Origin: a virus
Taxonomy: Duplodnaviria > Caudoviricetes
Reading direction: 5' to 3' (one strand)
IMG/VR virus record: IMGVR_UViG_3300031994_000011
Location: 64,001 to 128,000 of that record
DNA length: 64,000 nt
Position 1 is the first letter of the stretch, and every line of letters begins with the position of its first letter. Below are positions 56,201-64,000 of this stretch, in pieces. The notes beneath the pieces are model-generated. The model was not told the origin of the DNA and ran no database searches. It saw only the letters and a program-made list of their open reading frames with translations. Made by a program: the position numbers and the translations under genes.

Positions 56201-59200
56201 ATTGTGAACCGCCCATTTCACTATCTTTTTTTCCTTTTACGACAAAACTAGCTTTACTTTCTGTCTCTTTATCTTTAACTTGCTAATTTAAATTAGCAAC
56301 TATAGTATTAACTCCTTCTGACATCTATGCTAATGGAGCATTACTCTTTTCTATTTGTTGTGTATCCTTAGGCGAATTTACTGGCTCATTATTATTAGTA
56401 GAAGTATCAGAAGTTACATTAGAAGGATTTTCATTATCACTTTGTTGATATAAATGTGTGATCATTTCTTCTACTGAATGATATATCTAGGTATTAGCTT
56501 GTCCATTCATCCCAAGAACTTGTAAAAAGCTTTGTAACTCAGCAATACTTTTATCTCGTGTAACAGTAGAACCGGTAAAAGACCCATCAGCATTTTGTTT
56601 AAAGCCCCATACAGGAACTTCACCTTCAGTAATAAAATCATTTCTATCATTTTTTTGTATAATAATACTACCATCTGATAAATATGCACTTGTATAAAAA
56701 ACCCCTTCTTTAGCCTTATCAGGGAGAACTTTTATATCTGTGGGATTATCGCCTTGTAAAATATCTGACATATTACCTTGTTTATATTCATAATCATAGG
56801 TAGGTGATTTAACCTAAGGCTACTACTTATTATCACTGTCATTTTTAGTAGGCGGCCCATCTTTTTTATTTGCAAAATATCTTGCATCTGCTGCCCTACG
56901 TGCTGCTCGTAACGCAGCCTATCTTTCAAGTAAACTTTTATTATACTCACTTTGAAATAAGGCTTCCTATCTATCATATCCATTATTACTACCAACTACT
57001 ACACCATTATTAGGTAGAGTTGGATTATCTTCAGAGCCACCGCCATTTTCATCTGATCCATTGCCATTTTCATTTGATTTACCAAAAGCTTGTATGGCTT
57101 CTTCTGCGGCAGCACCTAAATTTAAAATTGCAGCAGCTGTTTCATTAGAAGCCTACGCTAATGTTTTTTCTTGATCACTTACTTGTTTCGCGGCTTCAGT
57201 GATTCCCTAACCAGCATTTTTTGCTCCATCAGCTACGTTATTAAGACCACTATTAGCATCATCCGCGGCATCACCAGTTCCTGCAACTGCATTTTCGGCA
57301 CCAGCAGCTGCTTCTGCCATTGCCTTCTATGCTGCTTCTTTTTCTTTTTGCGCCTCTTCTGCATTTTTACCATCTAATAAAGCCTAAATATAAGCCATAG
57401 CTCCTTCTACTTTAATATTAAACTAAGAAAGCTAAGCATCTGAATAGATCTCTTTAGCCTAATTAATTTGTGTTTTCCATTCTTTTAATGCTATTAATTG
57501 AGATTCAAGTTGCCAATTTTCTGCTTTAATCGCAGCTTGATATGTCTGATCAATAAGAGGATTTATAAGCTTTAAATCATATGGTTGAGGAATTTTCTTT
57601 GGTGGCTATGATGGACTTGATGGTGATGACGGTGAATCATCAACTGTTTTATCGGTAAAGATGTTCGCTCTTGGAACTCCAGTTGGGTTTCTTGGATCAT
57701 AAAATTCACCGGGTAATTCAGAATCTTCACCAAACTTAGGACCTGTAGAAGAATTACCTCCACTATTTTTATCATCATTTTTAAATGCCCATTCTCCAGC
57801 TTCATCTAATTTAGTGTGTATATTAATTGTAAGTTCAGAACTTCCTTTAGCAAGACTCTATATTAACTTTGCATATTTTGCATCTGATTCATCTTTTACA
57901 TGTAATTTTAAATTCCATTCTTTTGTCTCTACACCAGTAAGTCCCTATTTTGCTTTTTCAAACTATTGTTGCGTCATTGGGCTTTTACCATCTTCAACAA
58001 ATTTAAAACCATATTTAACCTAAAAATCTAAATGTTCTTGAGTGGTTTCTCCCCATTGTTTTTCTGCTTCTTCATAAGTTAAATCTTTAATATCTTTTAT
58101 TTGTTTTGATGTCAATGATGCAGCAGAAGTTTTATCTAGTGTATATATAGTCTTAATCCCTGTCTTTATAAGCCATATTTGATAATCATGTTCATTAAAT
58201 TCTGGTACTTTTCCTTCTCCATATTGCTCTAACATTGCTTTATCATATAATTGTCTCCAAGTATCATTTATATCGGAACTATAATTTTTTCCATCTGCGC
58301 TATATTGTACACCATTTTTAGGGTCTACACGCATATTATATTGAATACCAGTTTTCGTTGTTAAAGTTATAGTAGTAGCTTGTGTTTTTATATCATAATG
58401 ATAACCATATTTTTCTAAATCTTTAATAAAGGGATATTGCTATACTATCATCTGAGCATTTATAGCCGCCTGCACTTCATCTTTATTACTATAAGAAAAA
58501 GTCTTCCCACCAATAGTAACTTTACCATCTTTACCAAATAAAACTGTTGTACCTTCATGAATAACAAGAGTCCTTCCATCACCAAGATTAATATCAGCAG
58601 TTAATTTACTTTCTTTAGCAATTTGTTTAATTGTCCTTATTAAATTCTCTGTACTATAATCACCAGATATTGCCATCTGATATAAACTATTAACAAAAGC
58701 AGTATATGTTTCAGGAGATAAATTACCTTTTTCAAAAACTTCTTCATAAGCACTTTGAAGTTTATCAGCATCTCCACCCGCTGCTTCTATCATCTTATAT
58801 AATGAAACACCCTAAATTGATAAAGCCTTTAAACTTTTTTCCAAATCTTTATTTGTTTTTGCCATTGCTATAATTTCTTGCGCAGCATCTTTATATGGCT
58901 GTTGAAATTGATATTTACCATCAAGTTTAATAGGATTACCGTTATCATCAGTCATAAAAATCTCTGGCAATTCAATTATAACATCATCTGTAGTAACACT
59001 TCCTAATTTTTCCATAGCAACAACAGATTCCAATAGAAGTATCATACCATCAATCATTTCTATTTGAGAAGTCGCCATTGCTTTAAGTGCTTCATGGAAA
59101 TTGGTACTCATATCTGCGGCTCCACCCTACATTTGAAGACCAATTTTACCCATATTAACCATAGCGCCCTAACCATCAATATTTATTAAATTGCTAAAAG

Positions 59201-62200
59201 CCTAATTTATTAGTCGCGCGGCACCATCAGTATCCTTAGCAATCTAATATCCATAAAACATTAATGGCTAACCAGTAATAGTAGCTAAATTTTGGAACTA
59301 ATTAACTAAATTATAAAAGTCATCAACTGCCATTAAATGATAGCCAGTAGCATTTACTAAATCTTCTGGTTTAGTCGAAGTAATTTTTTTACCAGTAGCA
59401 TTATCAAAATATGTAAGCGTCATAGCCTAGTTCATTACTTTATAAGCTTTTCCAATAGAATTTATATAATTTAAAGGCCCTTGTAAATATTCAGGCAATT
59501 TTCTATTCATAAAATCATATTGTTCGGCCTATTGCATTTGAGCCTAAGCAATCTCTTTATAAATACTAAGTCTTTCTCTTAATGCTTGATTATCAGGACC
59601 ATTACTTAATTGCTATTGTAGCGCAGCTATATTAGCCATAGTCTTAGAAATATTCTAGCAGTCCTATCCAGCACCCTATAATGAATCTTTTAATGCTTCA
59701 AATGTTATTTCTGCGGCAACAGTGTCAACATCTTTTAATGCGGTATATAAAGCAATTGCTGCCTAAGTATTTAATTTAATACCATCGAGCGTCATAGAAA
59801 ATGCTGCCTAATTTAGCTATATACCAAGAACATTTTTAGCGAAATCTTGTAATTTTAATTTACCAACATTATCTAAACTACCTTTCAATCCATTAGCTAT
59901 AATATCTGCAAAATTTTTAAATAACTAACTAATTGCATCAGCTAATTCTGCAAGATCTTCTGAAAGCATTAAACTTCCCTATTCAGCAGCATTATAAATT
60001 GTTTGCATTATACCAACAATATTAGCGCCTTCTACTGTTTTTAATATACCATTCTATACATAACCACCATATTGTTTTAATTGATCATTTAATTGTTTTA
60101 TTGAACCTGGTATACTTTGAAGTCCTTTTAATTCTTGTGTATATTGATTCATCCATTTTTGATATTCAACAGAGTCTACTTTATCTTTATTCTCCTCTAA
60201 TGCAGCTATCATTTTAATAAGTTTTTGCTATCTCTAAGTAGTATAATCACTTTCTTTTCTTCCTAGTTCGCTCCATAAATCCGTAACATCAAGCCATTCT
60301 CCGCCAGTTAAGCCACTTAATCCTTCAACTTCCTATCCAATATTTCTCGTTATTTTATTATTTAAATCAACCATGGCTTGATTATATGTTTTCAATGCAT
60401 CAATATATTGTGGACTTCCTGCCTTCCAACCCATCATATTCGCAAAGGCGTTAAAATCAGTTATTCTTAATTTATCTCCGCCTAATAATTCTATAATATT
60501 GGATGCATCTAAAGCATCAACTAATTCCTCAGAAAGCATTATTCCTTGTTTTGTAAGTATCTAAGCAAAAGTATCAAAAGTCATATTAGAAGCATCGCCT
60601 AAAGCATCAATAACAACTTGCTATTTATCTCTTACACTTAAAGTTTTTGCAGCAACACTATTTATTTCTTCTAAAGTCGCATGACCGCTTGTAGTAATTT
60701 TATCTAATGCATAAGCATAAGCTTCATATAAATTATTTATTGATGTAACTACATATTGCCCTTCAGCAATAAGACTAACCGCGCCCGCGCCAGAAACACT
60801 TATTATTTCTGCAGTCGTAGCGTCAATGATACTTCCTGGTGCTGAACCTAATTGCTATAAAGCATTTATATATCTGTCAACCGAACTACGATATAAAGTA
60901 GTTATATTTTCAGCAGTTAAATCAACGCCACCATAATCAGCAATCATTTGCATCATTGCTATTGCATCTGCACCGCCAGATGTAATAATATCAAAAAATT
61001 CACTAAAAGAATCAAATTCGTTAGGAAGTTTTCCTCCTAAAGATTCAACATTTTTCTAAAAATCTTCATATGCTTTTTTTAGAGTTTTATATTGCTAAGA
61101 ACTCCTATCTATAATAGCAGTGCCATCTCCTTTTAATACATAAGGAATATTATCTGCCCATGCCATTACAGCATCTATAAAAGTAGATGAAATTTCTTTA
61201 TATCTTTCTTCAAGTATTTTTTTAATTTGAGCGGTAGAGCGTTGTCCAGAAGTTAATAAATTCATCAAGCCCTATGTTCCACGATATGTTCCATCATCAT
61301 TCTTCTATAAAAGTTCAATAACTTGATCCATTGTTTTTCCATAATGAAGCGCAATTGAAGCAATAGCTTGCTCGTCTAAAGCATTCATATTTGGAATTAA
61401 ATCAGTCATAAAACTATCATAAGAATTTGTTCTCTGATTAGCTAAATAATTAGCATAATAATCCATATATTCTTTACTGTCTTTAGCAAGATTAGAACCA
61501 AAATTGCTCATAAATTCATTCCAATCAGTAATAATATATGAATCTACTCCAGTTCTCTTTAAAAATTTACTTCCTTCCTAAGTTAAATTACCAGCTTCTG
61601 TTAAATAATCACTTAATTGTTTATTTTGAGCAGTAACAAAAGTAGAAATAGCATCTAAATTTAAAGAATCTGCATAACTTAAAAATTCTAATGAACTACT
61701 ATCTTGTAGATTATTATTTTTTATTAAATTAGCATAACTATCATTTAATGTACTTAATCCAATAGTTCCATTATTAAATGCTTCTTCTACTGTATAATAT
61801 ATATAACTTGCTGCCTGTATAAACTCTTCAGCATCATCAATAACAATTTGCCCATTAGTATTTAATTCATTCGCCCAATCTTGATTAAGAGTGGCTAATA
61901 TATTAGCAGTATCACCAGCAATAGTCATTTTACCAGAAAAAGAAGATAAATCACTAACTGCATTTGTCATAATAGAATTAAGCTGTTGATTAATTGCACT
62001 ATTTATTATACGGTAAGTGTTATCATCTATTTTTTCATCTTCATGTTGTTTACTATAAAAAGATTGTAATGTTGTTAATACACCAATAATATTATTACCA
62101 GCAACTGTTAAAACACCATTTTGTATTGTTGCCATAGACCCCATTAATTGAGCATTTAAACTATTTAAGTCTTCATTACTTAATTTAGAAGTTAAATAAC

Positions 62201-64000
62201 TAAGATTAAATTGTTTTCCCACAGAAAAATCTTTTAAAGACTCAATTTCACTTTGAATATTAGATTGAACATTTTCACGAAATTCAATCATAGAGCTTCT
62301 ATAGGAACTAATTTCATTTAAATACGCATCTGAAGTTTTATCCCAACCAAAAGAATCAGCTAATACATTCTAATCTAAGAAACGAATCTAACCATTTCCA
62401 GTTATCTAAGCATAGCCACCAGCAATCCATTGTTCGACAGTACTAACAAACTATTCTGCATGCCCATAAGTCTCAAATAAACCAGATAAATCTGTTAAAG
62501 ACATAGAACTCATTTTTCCAACATATGCCTAACCAATTTTTCCAACATCTCTAACATACGCAGACTGTAAATATTCTACACCAGTATTTAAAATATCTTC
62601 TGGAGCAGCGATACCTTTTACAAGACTATCATGATAAGCTTTAAGTGCTGCAGTAGTATCTCCAACTTTTAAAAGAATATTATTATTATCAACTATATAA
62701 CCAAGATCGCTATGCGCTTTTAAAAATGCTGCTGCATCAGCGTCAAGAAGCTGACCCTAAAAACCACGAATTGCCTAAAGCATTCCTTCTGTTGAAGCAT
62801 ATAAATATTTTTTTCTTTGCTAACTTGTTAAAGTAATTCCTTGACGTTTAGCCCATTTCTATGCTAAATTTAATTTTTCAATTCCATTTTCACCTTGAAG
62901 TATTTTTAACTATTCTTCTACAGTACTATTTATCTACTAAGACGACATTGTAGTAACCTTACGATAATACTACGTCATTGCCTACTTTAAAACTTTAACA
63001 TCTTTTTGAGTTCTATCAGAATCCATAAATCCTTCTATATCTACTTTTTGAGCTAAAGTTTGTTTTGTTAAATTATCAAAAATAATTGCAGTCTAACTCG
63101 TCCAAAGTCCGGCTTCTCTTAATTGATTCTATTGAGCTTCTAAATAATTTAAATATGCTTCTTGTTTTAATTGAAAACTATTGGTTAAACTGTCCCATTC
63201 AAACAAATCGCCAAAATTACTTGCTTCTTCTTTACCACTAAGTTTCATTAATTTATTATATTTCAACATAAAATCTGACATTTCAGAAGTTTCCATTGTA
63301 CCCTAGGTTAATAATGAGGTTGCAGAGCTTACATCAGATAAAAGCTAATCAACTTGTGAAAAAATACTTTCTTGGGCTTCTTTTGTAATACTTATACCAT
63401 ATTTTTCTTTTAATGCTTTTATTTTTTCTAAAGTAATTGAAAAATTTCCATTACCTTCATCAGTAAAATACTACGCAACTTCTTCTTCTGAAAGATTAAA
63501 AATCTTCATTATATTGCCAATATCATCGACAGTTAAATTATTTCTATTTTCTATTAATCCCTAAAGAAGAGTTTCTTTTGATTTCTAAAATTTATTTTTT
63601 TGACTGGCGACCCAAGCATCAATATACTAAGAAGTTTGTTTATCTACATCTCGGACCATTGTACTAACAAAATGTTCAAAATTGTTTATTTCATAAGTTC
63701 TATATCCAGTTCTTGTAAAGTATTGTTGTCCTAATTCAGTTAATTCACCAGTTTCAGTATTTATATAATCTTCTACTTTTGCACCAATTGTAGTTAAAAA
63801 TTCATTTATATTATCTATTGTAATATCAGATGTAGAGACTAAATTTAGCGCTGCAATAGGACGATTATTGTTAGCTTTTATTTTTGACACGGCGAAATCA
63901 TTTAATGATTTTAAACTAACAGTTCCCTATTTATAGCCTTCTTGGGCAGATTTATATAAGCCATTAACTGCATCTAAATAATCTTGTGCAGTTCTAAGAG
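53298..64000 (-). CDS. Tape measure protein, start beyond the window (>3500 aa, many TAG)
   Basis: Track fragments at 56487, 58020, 58440, 58812, 60333, 61305, 61578 and 63627 share one frame. Helical, Ala/Gln-rich; AKG..LMG*LGPELVV..G..GAEMVDL motif; ends in TAA 53298. Spot-checked only, not every codon. Confidence 0.82.

Noticed and set aside
128-58023. Short track ORFs antisense or out of frame to real genes (for example 128-325, 15691-15939, 23614-24012, 53604-53951, 57171-57377)
   Set aside because: They are shadows of longer genes, with no RBS or motifs.
1-64000. Standard phage code 15 (TAG=Gln)
   Set aside because: It would give the same ORF lengths, but the diagnostic positions need Glu (PhoH Walker B, RuvC and GIY-YIG catalytic residues, GExGPE). 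I found no conserved-Gln motif encoded by TAG.
43772-64000. Pseudogenised or decayed prophage tail region
   Set aside because: The interruptions are exclusively TAG, with no frameshifts, TAA or TGA over thousands of codons checked, and motifs are intact.
1-64000. Suppressor tRNA, aminoacyl-tRNA synthetase or release factor
   Set aside because: No cloverleaf or such ORF was recognisable in the short intergenic gaps of this window. It probably lies elsewhere in the genome.

Overview
64 kb of an AT-rich tailed-phage genome. Strong AGGAGG ribosome-binding sites and SigA-type TTGACT-N17-TATAAT promoters suggest a Firmicutes host (inference). Positions 1-43.7 kb (+ strand) hold a holin end, nucleotide-metabolism and replication genes: RNase H, dNMP kinase, ligase, ClpP, PIN-PhoH, NCS2 permease, adenine MTase, GyrB/GyrA-type topoisomerase, SSB-like protein, AAA ATPase, helicase, primase, RecJ, DnaE, class III RNR operon, dUTPase and RuvC. 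RecJ and DnaE each carry a group I intron, and there is an iteron-type origin candidate at about 12.2 kb. Positions 43.8-64 kb (- strand) hold a tail module: a tape measure protein of more than 3500 aa, a Dit-like gene and a 2545-aa tail protein. Main result: TAG is a sense codon in this genome. At every diagnostic conserved position I could read (PhoH Walker B, RuvC and GIY-YIG catalytic residues, PIN motif, tape-measure GExGPE) it stands for GLUTAMATE, not the glutamine of the known phage code 15. This explains why the standard-code ORF track is fragmented. TAG is absent from core replication genes, 5'-biased in lightly recoded genes, and dense in structural genes and some nucleases. No tRNA or release factor is visible in this window, so the decoding machinery must lie elsewhere. 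All functional calls come from motif recognition by eye, with no database searches. In the translations below, * marks an in-frame TAG.
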